Source: Candidatus Nealsonbacteria bacterium DGGOD1a
GTDB lineage: Bacteria > Patescibacteriota > Minisyncoccia > Minisyncoccales > UBA5738
Direction of reading: 5' to 3'
Length of the DNA: 64,000 nucleotides
NCBI GenBank assembly: GCA_022530585.1
Contig: CP092821.1
Coordinates: 457,525 to 521,524, forward strand
The notes beneath the pieces are model-generated. The model was not told the DNA's origin. It did no database searches and was given only the letters and a program-made list of their open reading frames with translations. Of this stretch, positions 39,358-48,533 are shown one piece after another (the first letter of the stretch is position 1; every line of letters starts with the position of its first letter). Position numbers and translations under genes: made by a program.

Positions 39358-39450
39358 CCTGTTGAGGTTTGACCTCAACAGGGGTTTTATATCCCGTTAT
39401 CCCCGTTGAGGTCCCCGTTGAGGTCAAACCTCAACAGAAGTTGATATTAA
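39358..39450. repeat. REP cluster matching the RAYT left end
   Basis: CCTGTTGAGGTTTGACCTCAACAGG ... GAGGTCAAACCTCAACAGAAGTTGATATTAAA. Confidence 0.88.
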
Positions 39451-40130
39451 AGGGTCTGTTGCCGAATTAGCTTCAACTGCAATTTCCATTTTTCGGCTGC
39501 AAAGAATTCATCATTCGTAAATATATACTTAGTATATACTTGCATCGCGTTTAATTTTACCGGGCGCAAGCCCTTTTTTGTTTGGGTGATGCGAATTAAA
39601 ACGCGGTTTGGCGTTTTCCACAGACGGCGGCGCGGCGGAGGGTTGACACGGATTTTCCTTAATGTGAAGGTCAGACCTTCGCAACCTTTATGTATTTTAG
39701 CTGTAGCTAAAAATATCAAATTTGAAAATGCCTATTGCTTTTTTTTGGATCTTTGATAAAAGGAAAATACCTACCAAGAAGGGTAGCAGGATGTTCGGGG
39801 TCGTAGAACTCCTTCAGCGCATGGTTCGAGGGCCGAGTGATCGCCTCACCTGAAACAACAGTAACCATCGCAACGAAGCGCGACCGCGTGGAGTGGAATG
39901 TCGGTGCACACTCAGCGCCACCAGGGACCGATGGATATGTTTATCCGGGTGTTGTTTTATCTGCTTGCTGGCGTAAAAGCGATAAAACCAGCCCCCCACT
40001 TTCATCTTATGGTCTGATGGAACCTAATCCATCAATTTGAGCCAAGTGATAATTCGCGCGGCTCCTTTTATTTTCCTTGACAAATCTATTTTTTAAAGTT
40101 ATTGTTTCAGCAGCTCCTTGGAGGCCTGTC

Positions 40131-40448
40131 ATGTTAAGTGTTGACGATATAACATCTTTAGTAGTAGCCATATATTGTTTTAAAGATACGTCGAGAGTCG
40201 TTGTTTTTGAAGCGATTTGTAATGGCGTGGTTGAGCGTAGCGCTATTGATGAAACAACTAAATTACCATACGCTAAAATAAGTCACGCATTATACACGAT
40301 TAGGGCGAACGGATTTATACGACAAAGCGAACACATGGGGAGTTGGGAATTAACGGAATTGGGTAAGAAGATGAAACATATTTTGTTTTACCTAAAAGAT
40401 AGCGAAAATGCTAAAGAAGCGGTAAAAATTTTAAACCGTCATTTTTGA
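40131..40448 (+). CDS. Winged-helix (ArsR-like) protein
   Basis: SAIDETTKLPYAKISHALYTIRANGFI...WELTELGKK; GGAGG RBS. Confidence 0.65.
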   Translation: MLSVDDITSLVVAIYCFKDTSRVVVFEAICNGVVERSAIDETTKLPYAKISHALYTIRANGFIRQSEHMGSWELTELGKKMKHILFYLKDSENAKEAVKILNRHF

Positions 40449-40571
40449 TCCAAAGTTTTTAACTGCGGATTTTTTTATTAGAAATTGGCGCTTTCTTAAC
40501 GCGAAGGTTAGACCTTCGCAATCCCCGCACCGAATACCACTTATTATTACCGCTGTGTTTCGCACGCGTCT

Positions 40572-41060
40572 TTGGCGGTGAGCGTCGATCATAGTTTCAC
40601 GACATCGGCGGCCGGGCAGGTGGCGGGGATTCAAACCGAACGGGACGGCTTTGATGGAGCTTTGGGTATGCCAACCGGAGCAAACACAAGCGGGACGGAT
40701 GCGGATGCGGATGGCAGAATAGAACCGGGCCGGGTTGAAGGCGCGCAAACCGAACGCTCCGATGAAACTTTTGCCGGTGCCGCGGACGAGCCGCGGAACG
40801 GCGGAATTGAATCCGCGGCAAAGGCGGGAATTTGTTGGCCGGATTTTCCTTGGTGGGTGTTTTTGATCCTTGCGGCGATTTGCGGAGCGCGGGCTTGGGC
40901 GAATAAAAAAAGCCGCCGGTTATGGATGGCGGGCGGTATTGTTCCGCTGGCGTTCGCAGGGTGGGCGTATTTTGCCAAACCTTGCGTTGACTGGAAATTG
41001 TTCGCGGCGATGGCGGTTGTTGCGCTGGTTGCCTGGGTTGTCGACCGCAATCGCAAATGA
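40572..41060 (+). pseudogene. Probable orphan C-terminus of a membrane-anchored surface protein
   Basis: Begins SVDHSFTT..GQVAG, ends with 3 TM segments; no ATG or signal peptide. Confidence 0.5.
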
Positions 41061-41220
41061 CCAATTTCGAGCTTCGTTAAAAGAAATATGCCATTGCGCT
41101 TGGGCGAGTGGAGAATGGGCGGCGCCTGTTGAGGTCAAACCTCAACAGGCTTTTTGTATCCCGTTATCCCCGTCCTGTTGAGGTTTGACCTCAACAGAAG
41201 TTGATATTAAAATTAAACAT

Positions 41221-41358
41221 ATGAGAAAAGAACCGTTTTTTGTTGGCGATTATGTTCATGTTTTTAATCGCGGCAACCGCAAAATGGATATTGTGCGCGA
41301 CAATATCGATTTACTTGGTGGCGAGTTGCAAAAAAAAGAAAAATGGCGCATATTGTAA
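41221..41358 (+). pseudogene. Truncated duplicate of the RAYT 5' end
   Basis: 41174-41309 nearly identical to 41891-42026. Confidence 0.88.
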
Positions 41359-41373
41359 TTGCGAGCGAAAATT

Positions 41374-41685
41374 ATGGAAACCATAACTTTATCCAAAGAA
41401 AAATATTATGAATTGGTGGAAAAAGCCGCACTTTACGATCGTTTTCGGCAACAATACGGAAACGAAGTTTTTGCGTGTCCGCCGGTGAAAGATGCCGATA
41501 GGGTTATGGAATCGTTTGCTAAAACCGGACTTTACAGCAAGAATTTTTTGGAAAGTTTTAAAAAAGGGTTAGGGCGATCTTCTTATTTTAAACATGAGAA
41601 TCCTGCCTCTTCATCCCGAACTACGAGATTATCTGAAAAAAAGAAATCTTGTGGAAAAATTCGCCAAACAAAAACGGATTTTTGA
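41374..41685 (+). CDS. Putative antitoxin
   Basis: METITLSKEKYYEL; directly upstream of and overlapping the toxin-like gene. Confidence 0.6.
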   Translation: METITLSKEKYYELVEKAALYDRFRQQYGNEVFACPPVKDADRVMESFAKTGLYSKNFLESFKKGLGRSSYFKHENPASSSRTTRLSEKKKSCGKIRQTKTDF

Positions 41686-41842
41686 GCAAAATCCGTTTCA
41701 CCCGGGTCTTAATACCGAATTGTTGTCACCCAAAAGACTGCGGTTCTGGAGTTTTAGGATTGATCGAAAATATCGCGTCATTTTTATTTTTCGCGGTCGC
41801 GCCATAGTTGAGATCATCGATATTAACGACCATTATCAATGA
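41594..41842 (+). CDS. RelE/YoeB-superfamily toxin
   Basis: NPFHPGL..E.L, WSFRIDRKYRVIF, terminal DHY. Confidence 0.8.
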   Translation: MRILPLHPELRDYLKKRNLVEKFAKQKRIFEQNPFHPGLNTELLSPKRLRFWSFRIDRKYRVIFIFRGRAIVEIIDINDHYQ

Positions 41843-41937
41843 GAACCCTGTTGAGGTCAAACCTCAACAGGGTTTTTGTTTCCCCGTATTCCTGTTGAGG
41901 TTTGACCTCAACAGAAGTTGATATTAAAATTAAACAT

Positions 41938-42672
41938 ATGAGAAAAGAACCGTTTTTTGTTGGCGATTATGTTCATGTTTTTAATCGCGGCAACCGCAAA
42001 ATGGATATTGTGCGCGATAATATCGACCGTTGGCGTTTCCTTTCGATTTTAAGATATTTCAATGACCAGCGGCCGTCTCTGAATATTTTGCGCGAACTCC
42101 TCAATACGCGCCTGTTGAGGTTTGACCTCAACAGCGCCGAAAAGAGCTATTGTTTTGATTGGCCGAAAAATTGGCCGCCGCAAAAACCTCTCGTGAGGAT
42201 TGTTTCATATGCTTTAATGCCGAATCATTATCATTTGCTTCTGCAAGAAATTGATGACGGCGGTATTTCCGTATTTATGAAAAAACTCGGCAATGGATTT
42301 ACCGGATATGTCAATATCAAATACGATGAGGTGGGTAAAATTTTTCAAGGGTCATACAAAGCGAAAACCGTGAAAAACGAGAATTATTTGCAGTATCTGG
42401 ATGCTTATATCCAAGTTTTGAATCCGTTTGAGCTTTTGTCGCCGGAATTCGTAATCAAGTCGCCGCGAAAAGCGTTTTTGGAAGTTGCCGCCAACCCGTT
42501 TTCCAGCTTGGGAGAGTCTCTTGGATTGAATAATTTGCAAATCGTGGACAGAAAATCAATTGAGCGAGAAATCGGCCTGACGAGCGACCGCGAAAAATAT
42601 CTGAAATTGATCAATGATATTATGGCCGCCGGCGGTTTAAAAAAAATCCTCGGCGAGTTGCTCTTCGATTGA
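41938..42672 (+). CDS. REP-associated tyrosine transposase (RAYT, HUH Y1)
   Basis: HVFNRG, YALMPNHYHLL, GKIFQGSYKA, YIQVLNP; REP hairpins at 41847-41913 and 42674-42697. Confidence 0.92.
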   Translation: MRKEPFFVGDYVHVFNRGNRKMDIVRDNIDRWRFLSILRYFNDQRPSLNILRELLNTRLLRFDLNSAEKSYCFDWPKNWPPQKPLVRIVSYALMPNHYHLLLQEIDDGGISVFMKKLGNGFTGYVNIKYDEVGKIFQGSYKAKTVKNENYLQYLDAYIQVLNPFELLSPEFVIKSPRKAFLEVAANPFSSLGESLGLNNLQIVDRKSIEREIGLTSDREKYLKLINDIMAAGGLKKILGELLFD

Positions 42673-42742
42673 TCTGTTGAGGTCAAACCTCAACAGGCAT
42701 TTTGTTTGACCTGAAGGCGGTTTTTGTATAGGATGACATAAT

Positions 42743-43558
42743 ATGAAACCGGCAGGGAAGTCGATTAAAAGCTTATTTTTCGGGAAAAACGGCAATACAA
42801 TGATCGCGTTTTTGGGTTTGCTTTCTATCGCGTTGATTTTGGCCGCAATCTCGTTCGGGTCGCGGGCCGATTGGAGCGATTTCAAAAAATTTATGCCGCG
42901 GCCGAGCGATTTGGCAACTTCGCCGTTGGCGCGGGATTTGCCGCGGGAAAATAAAAATCCGGAGGAACCGGCGGAATCGGCCGAAAACCGGCCGGCGGCG
43001 GATGAAGCGGATAAAGCGAATGTATCGGAAACAATCGGCCCGGAAGCCGCGGTCGCGGTTGAGACCGAACCGGAATTGAAGCCGGTGGTTGAAGCGCCGA
43101 CGGTTCCGGCGACCGCGCCGGACGCGGCAAGAGCCGATATGGTGATCATTCCAAAGATCGGCGTGAACGCACCGGTAATCACGCCGCGGACGAAAGACGC
43201 GGCTCAATTGAAAAAACTTCTTGATTCCGGCGCGGTGATCTATCCGGATTCGCCAGTTTTCGGCGCCGCCGGGCAAACGATCGTATTGGGACACAGCGCG
43301 CCGCCGAACTGGCCGAAAATCAAACACGACACGATTTTTTCCCGCATCGCGGAATTGTCCGCGGGCGATAAGATTATCGTGGTCTACAATGACCGGACCT
43401 ATAATTACTCGGTATCGCAAGGCCAGATCATAGAAAAGGGCGGCGCTATCCCCGCGATGGTCTCCGACGGCAATTCTTTGGCTCTGGTAACTTGCTGGCC
43501 GCCCGGCCGCGACCTCAAACGAATGGTGGTGCAAGCCCAACTTGCCTCGGTGGAGTGA
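42743..43558 (+). CDS. Sortase
   Basis: IPKIGVNAPV, VLGHS, F..I..L..GD.I, LVTCWPPG...R. Confidence 0.9.
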   Translation: MKPAGKSIKSLFFGKNGNTMIAFLGLLSIALILAAISFGSRADWSDFKKFMPRPSDLATSPLARDLPRENKNPEEPAESAENRPAADEADKANVSETIGPEAAVAVETEPELKPVVEAPTVPATAPDAARADMVIIPKIGVNAPVITPRTKDAAQLKKLLDSGAVIYPDSPVFGAAGQTIVLGHSAPPNWPKIKHDTIFSRIAELSAGDKIIVVYNDRTYNYSVSQGQIIEKGGAIPAMVSDGNSLALVTCWPPGRDLKRMVVQAQLASVE

Positions 43559-43613
43559 ATTTGGAAATTTGACATTGGCGATAATGATTTGATAAAATTC
43601 AATTATCGAAGAT

Positions 43614-44102
43614 ATGGCAAACAATAATATCCAAAATAATCAAAATATCAGCAATAAAGAATTGCTCGATTTTTTGATAAAAAAGTTTGACGGCATCGAT
43701 CAAAAGTTTGTCGCAATCGATCACAAGTTTGACGCAATCGATCAAAAGTTTCTTGGCATCGATAAAAGGTTTGACGCAATCGATCAAAAGTTTGTCGCAA
43801 TCGATCAAAAGTTTCTTGGCATCGATAAACAATTTGATGTTTTTAAAAATGAATATGTCGCGGATTATAAGGGTTTGGCGGATTTAATGATGAATCAATT
43901 TGAAAAGTTTTACGAAAAGCTTGACCAGAAAGCCGATAAATCGGATATTGACGCAGTTTTGACGCGGATCACGCAATTAAGCGACAAGGTTGACGATTAT
44001 CGCGCCGATCAGATTGGTTTGAAGCGCCAAGTTGACAAACACGAAAAATGGCATCGCCAAACCGCAACCAAAATCGGATTGAAATTAATTCCCGAAGCGT
44101 AA
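43614..44102 (+). CDS. Coiled-coil protein with 7-aa (21-nt) tandem repeats
   Basis: IDQKFVA IDHKFDA IDQKFLG IDKRFDA IDQKFVA IDQKFLG. Confidence 0.8.
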   Translation: MANNNIQNNQNISNKELLDFLIKKFDGIDQKFVAIDHKFDAIDQKFLGIDKRFDAIDQKFVAIDQKFLGIDKQFDVFKNEYVADYKGLADLMMNQFEKFYEKLDQKADKSDIDAVLTRITQLSDKVDDYRADQIGLKRQVDKHEKWHRQTATKIGLKLIPEA

Positions 44103-44152
44103 CGCCGAGGGATTTTTTATTGAAAATTCGCGCGGATTTTGTACATATCGGG

Positions 44153-44210
44153 TTATCCACATACGCGGCGTTGCGGGACTATTGACACAGGTTTAATCTT
44201 TTGCTAATCT
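44153..44210 (+). promoter_or_regulatory. rRNA promoter with upstream DnaA box
   Basis: TTATCCACA at 44153; TTGACA(44182)-17 bp-TAATCT with extended TG. Confidence 0.6.
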
Positions 44211-44538
44211 CTCATTGTTGGATTAAATAATGTTAACGATATACATACTCAAAAACACACTAAGAAGCTAAATTTTCCGCGGATTTAATTCTTGTGGAAA
44301 ATCGCTTCCCAAAGCGGTTTTTTTGTTGGCTGATTTCAGAGGGGCCAGAACTTCTAAAATTAAATAGTTAGTTATTTGCCAAATGGAACTTACATCGAGT
44401 CCATTGGCAATTCCAAAGTCTTTTTGAAACAATTAGTCTTCAAGGATTTTCGCGGAATAGACAATGCCATTAGTGGTAATGGTAATTTTATCCACCGCCA
44501 AAGTCCGTCAAAAATTGAAGTTATTAATTGCTAGCCAA

Positions 44539-47500
44539 GGTAAGTAAAATTATAGGCACATGGTGGATGCCTTGGGACTGGGAGGCGATGAAGGACGCAG
44601 CCTGTCTGCGATAATCCCGGGGGAGGTGACAAGCAACCTTTGAACCCGGGGTCTCCGAATGGGGAAACCCTTTCCGGCGTTGAACCGGAAAATCCCATAG
44701 CGCAAGCTAGGGAAGCGAACCTGCGGAAGGGAAACATCTCAGTACGCAGAGGAAAAGAAAAAAATCCTCGCTTCGGCGAGGGACATTCTCTTAGTAGCGG
44801 CGAGCGAAAAGAGAAGAGCTCAAACCAGTTTGTATTTCGCTTATGTTCATCAAAATTGGTGGATATAAGTGAAATACAGGCTGGGGTTATAAGGTAAGGA
44901 TAATCCCGAGCGTAAGCGAGGGACAAAGCGCATCAATATGCAATTTGGTTAACCCAACTACCCTGGAAAGGGAGGCCATAGCGGGTAATAGCCCCGTAAG
45001 TGAAAATCATTGCAAGCTTTGAATCTTTATTCTTGAGTACCGCGGGAAACGAAAGTCCTGCGGGAATTCGGCTGGACTATACAGCCAAAGCTAAATACTA
45101 CCCAGTCACCGATAGTGCACAAGTACCGTGAGGGAAAGGTTAAAAGTAGGGGGGTGACCCCGGTGAAATAGATCCTGAAACCATGATGCTTACAAAGACT
45201 CGGAGTGCTGAGGCGCAAGCCGAAGTATGACGGGGTGCTTTTTGTAGAACGAGCCAACGAGTTTAATTTATCAGTTAGTCTAAGCGTCTCTGACGCGAAG
45301 GCATAGGGAAACCAAGTCTTAATAGGGCGCAATCCCGAGCGTAAGCGAGGGAGTACTGATGGGTTAAGACCCGAAGCCAAGGCGAGCTTGCCATGACCAG
45401 GTTGAATCCCGCCGAAAGGCGGGAGGAGGACCGAACCGGTTGACTGTGCAAAATCTTCGGATGAGTCGTGGTAAGAAGTGAAAAGCTAATCGAGCTTGGT
45501 AATAGCTGGTTCTCTCCGATATAACTTTAGGGTTAGCGTCCTGCGCTAATGGTTTTGGAGGTAGAGCACTGAAAGAAATTCCGTGGCGAAAGTCAGGTAT
45601 TTCTATCAAACTCCGAATGCCGGAACCATTGCAGGGCAGTAAGACTACGGGCGCTAAGGTCCGTGGTCGTAAGGGGGAAAGCCCATGACCTCAGTCTAAG
45701 GTCCCCAAATCAGGCTAAGTGCAAAACAAGGAAGTGAGATTCCTCTGATAGCTAGGAGGTTAGCTCAGAAGCAGCTATCCTTTAAAAAGTGCGTAACAGC
45801 TTACTAGCTAAGGAGTTTTGCGCCGTAGATTAACGGGGCTCAAGCCTGATACCGAAGACGAGGGTGTCCCGCATTTTTGCGGGGCGCGGTAGGAGAGCGT
45901 TCCCATTGCAGTGAAGCGGAACCGTGAGGTTTCGTGGAGCGTTGGGAAGTGAGAATGTTGGCATGAGTAACCACAATGCATGTGAGATCCATGCACACCG
46001 AAAACCCAAGGGTTCCGTGACAATGGTGATCAGTCACGGGTTAGGCGGTCCTAAGGCACAGCCGAGAGGCGCAGCTGATGGACATCTGGTTAATATTCCA
46101 GTCCTTCCGTTTCTTGCTGAGAAAGTGACGAAGTTTAGTACTCTGGGCGGGTTATTGGATTCCCGTTGCCAATTTGATTGTTCCGGGCGCAAGCTCGGGA
46201 TGAAAGAATTGTCGAGATGTTTCCCGCAAGGGAGATAGATTCAGACGAGCAAGCTTCCCAGAAAAACCTTTCAAGGGCTATCAAGAAAGGGAAACCGTAC
46301 CGTAAACCGACACAGGTGGGTTGGCGTCAAATTGCCAAGGTGAACGAGTGAAAGTTCGTGAAGGAACTAGGCAAACAAGTATGCGTACCTTAGGTATATG
46401 CATTCCCTTCATAGCAATATGGAGGGCGCAGCGAAGGATTCTCAGGCGGCTGTTTACCAAAAACACAGGTCCCTGCTAAACTCGTAAGAGGAAATATAGG
46501 GGCTGAGACCTGACCAGTGCCCGTGTGTTAAAGCTGAGGGTGGATTTGATCGCAAGATTGGATTTGCTCATCGGTCTAAGCTACGGGTGAACGTCCGCGG
46601 TAACTCTGACCGTGTTAAAGTAGCGTAGTCCCTTGTCGCGTAAGTTGCGACCCGCATGAAAGGTATAACGATCTGAGAACTGTCTCCACGAATTACTCGG
46701 TGAAAATGTAATGGAAGTGAAGATACTTCCTACCTGCGACTAGACGGAAAGACCCCGGAAGCTTTACTGTAGGGTGATATTGAGTTTTGAATTTTGATGC
46801 GTAGAATAGTGGTGAGGATTTGAGGTCTCGTTTTCGGACGGGGCTGATCCGACAGTGAAATAGCCATCTTTAAAGTTCATTATTCTAATTTGAAAAATGA
46901 CAGTGTCACTTGGGCAGTTTAAGTGGGGCGCTTGCCTCCTAAAATGTAACGGAGGCGTTTAAAGGTCAGCTAAGCACGGATGGAAATCGTGCATGTTGCG
47001 TAAAGGCATAAGCTGGCTTAACTGCAAGACGGATGTGTCGCGCAGATGCGAAAGCAGAACTTAGTGAACCGATGCTGGTTATTAGAATCGGCAGAGATTA
47101 TCAAACAAAAGTTACTCCGGGGATAACAGGCTAGTACGACCCACGAGTCCATATCAACGGTCGTGTTCGGCACCTCGATGTCGGCTCATCATAGCGCGGG
47201 GGTGGAGAAGCTCCCAAGCGTCCGGCTGTTCGCCGGTTAAAATGGTACGTGAGCTGGGTTCAGACCGTCGCGAGACAGGTCGGTCCCTATCTATCGCAGG
47301 CGTTTGAGTTTTGAGGAGAGTCGACCCTAGTACGAGAGGACCGGGTTGAACTGACCTCTGGTGTGCCAGTTGTTCCGCCAGGAGCATTGCTGGGTAGCTA
47401 AGTCGGGAACGGATAAGAGCTGAAAGCATCTAAGCTCGAAGCCTCCTCCAAGATTATAACTCTTAGTTTCCTCCAAGAACAGGAGGTTGATAGGCTGCAG

Positions 47501-47556
47501 GTGTAAGCGCGGCAACGCGTTCAGCCAAGCAGTACTAATAAACGATCAAAATTGCC
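44539..47556 (+). rRNA. rrl: 23S rRNA (ends approximate)
   Basis: GGTGGATGCCTTGG, AGTACCGTGAGGGAAAG, GACGGAAAGACCCC, GGGATAACAGGCT, sarcin-ricin loop AGTACGAGAGGACC; flanking processing stem. Confidence 0.99.
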
Positions 47557-47653
47557 TTGGTTAGCAATTAATGACCTTAATTTAATTGCAAAAAGATTGG
47601 AATTGGAATAAAATAACTAACACAACAAAACAATACGCGATTGCGCGCATTGT

Positions 47654-47760
47654 AAGGAAGCTATACCGATGGTGCTCCACCTGTTCCCATGCCGACCACA
47701 GAAGTGAAATCCATCAGGGCCGATGATAGTCCGATCGGGCGAAAGTAGGTAGCTTTCTTA
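47654..47760 (+). rRNA. rrf: 5S rRNA
   Basis: CACCTGTTCCCATGCCGA.CACAGAAGTGAA, GCCGATGATAGT, GAAAGTAGG. Confidence 0.95.
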
Positions 47761-47996
47761 CAATGCGCGCAATTTTTTGTTACAAATATGTATTTTTTGC
47801 TATCGCAAAATTTGCATAATCATGATATTTTAAATTGCGAAATGCTTTGTATTTTGGGTCTATCTCTTGCGTAATCGCAAGGGTTAGACCCCTTTAAAGC
47901 ATTTGAATTTAACGGTTTCGTAATCCAAAGTAATCAATCTTTTGCTTCCCAAACAAAAAACCGCATCTGATTCAACCAGCGCGGTTTTTTTGGGTT

Positions 47997-48161
47997 TTAG
48001 AAGTCGCCGTCGGCTTCATCTTCGCGATCGTCGCCGGTATCGTCGTCGTCGATCAAAGTCGAATCGTCATCGTCGTCGGATAAATCCTCGTCAACGATGT
48101 TGTCGTCGTAATTTTCCAATTCTTGCGAAGCGATCGCGGTTTGTATTGTGTCGTCTATCAT
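47997..48161 (-). CDS. 54-aa highly acidic microprotein (not in ORF track)
   Basis: MIDDTIQTAIASQELENYDDNIVDEDLSDDDDDSTLIDDDDTGDDREDEADGDF; AAGGA RBS; hairpin downstream at about 47956-47991. Confidence 0.7.
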   Translation of the reverse strand: MIDDTIQTAIASQELENYDDNIVDEDLSDDDDDSTLIDDDDTGDDREDEADGDF

Positions 48162-48282
48162 TAAAGTTCCTTTTAAATAATAAAAGATATTTTAAAAAAT
48201 ATCTCGACCTTTGGCTATGATTGCTGGATTTCTGGGATTAAAAACCTTGGCGGATTTTCTTTGTTTCGGCGATTCCGAAACC

Positions 48283-48398
48283 ATGAAAATGTTATCACAT
48301 TTTCTTTAGCCGAGGCAGTCTGAGGCGGATGAAAATGTTATCACATTTTCTTTAGCCGAGGCAGTCTGAGGCGGATGAAAATGTTATCACATTTTCAT
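48283..48398. repeat. 46-bp tandem repeat (2.5 units) carrying the palindrome GAAAATGT-TATC-ACATTTTC
   Basis: Units start at 48283, 48329, 48375. Confidence 0.92.
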
Positions 48399-48533
48399 AT
48401 ATTAGTTATCTGCAAATTTTTGTCAATAGGCGAACTCGCGAGTTATCCACAATGCTTGACATTGTCCGCGCGGCGGTGCGAAATTTTTGCGCGGGGGTGG
48501 AAAATTCTTGAGTATTTGATATATAATTGTTAT

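Noticed and set aside
39770..40050. Named ncRNA or riboswitch
   Set aside because: No family motif recognised; needs an Rfam search
44153..44161. Replication origin
   Set aside because: Only isolated DnaA boxes; no cluster and no dnaA/dnaN nearby
45407..45425. REP-like CCCGCCGAAAGGCGGG inside 23S
   Set aside because: It occupies the position of an ordinary conserved helix between CAGGTTGAA and GGAGGACCGAACC
44531..47515. ORFs in the track overlapping 23S rRNA; possible intron or homing endonuclease
   Set aside because: The rRNA is about 3.0 kb and its conserved motifs are contiguous, leaving no room for a large intron; the ORFs are spurious
48283..48398. Mini CRISPR (palindromic 24-bp repeat)
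   Set aside because: Both spacers are identical; it is a tandem duplication
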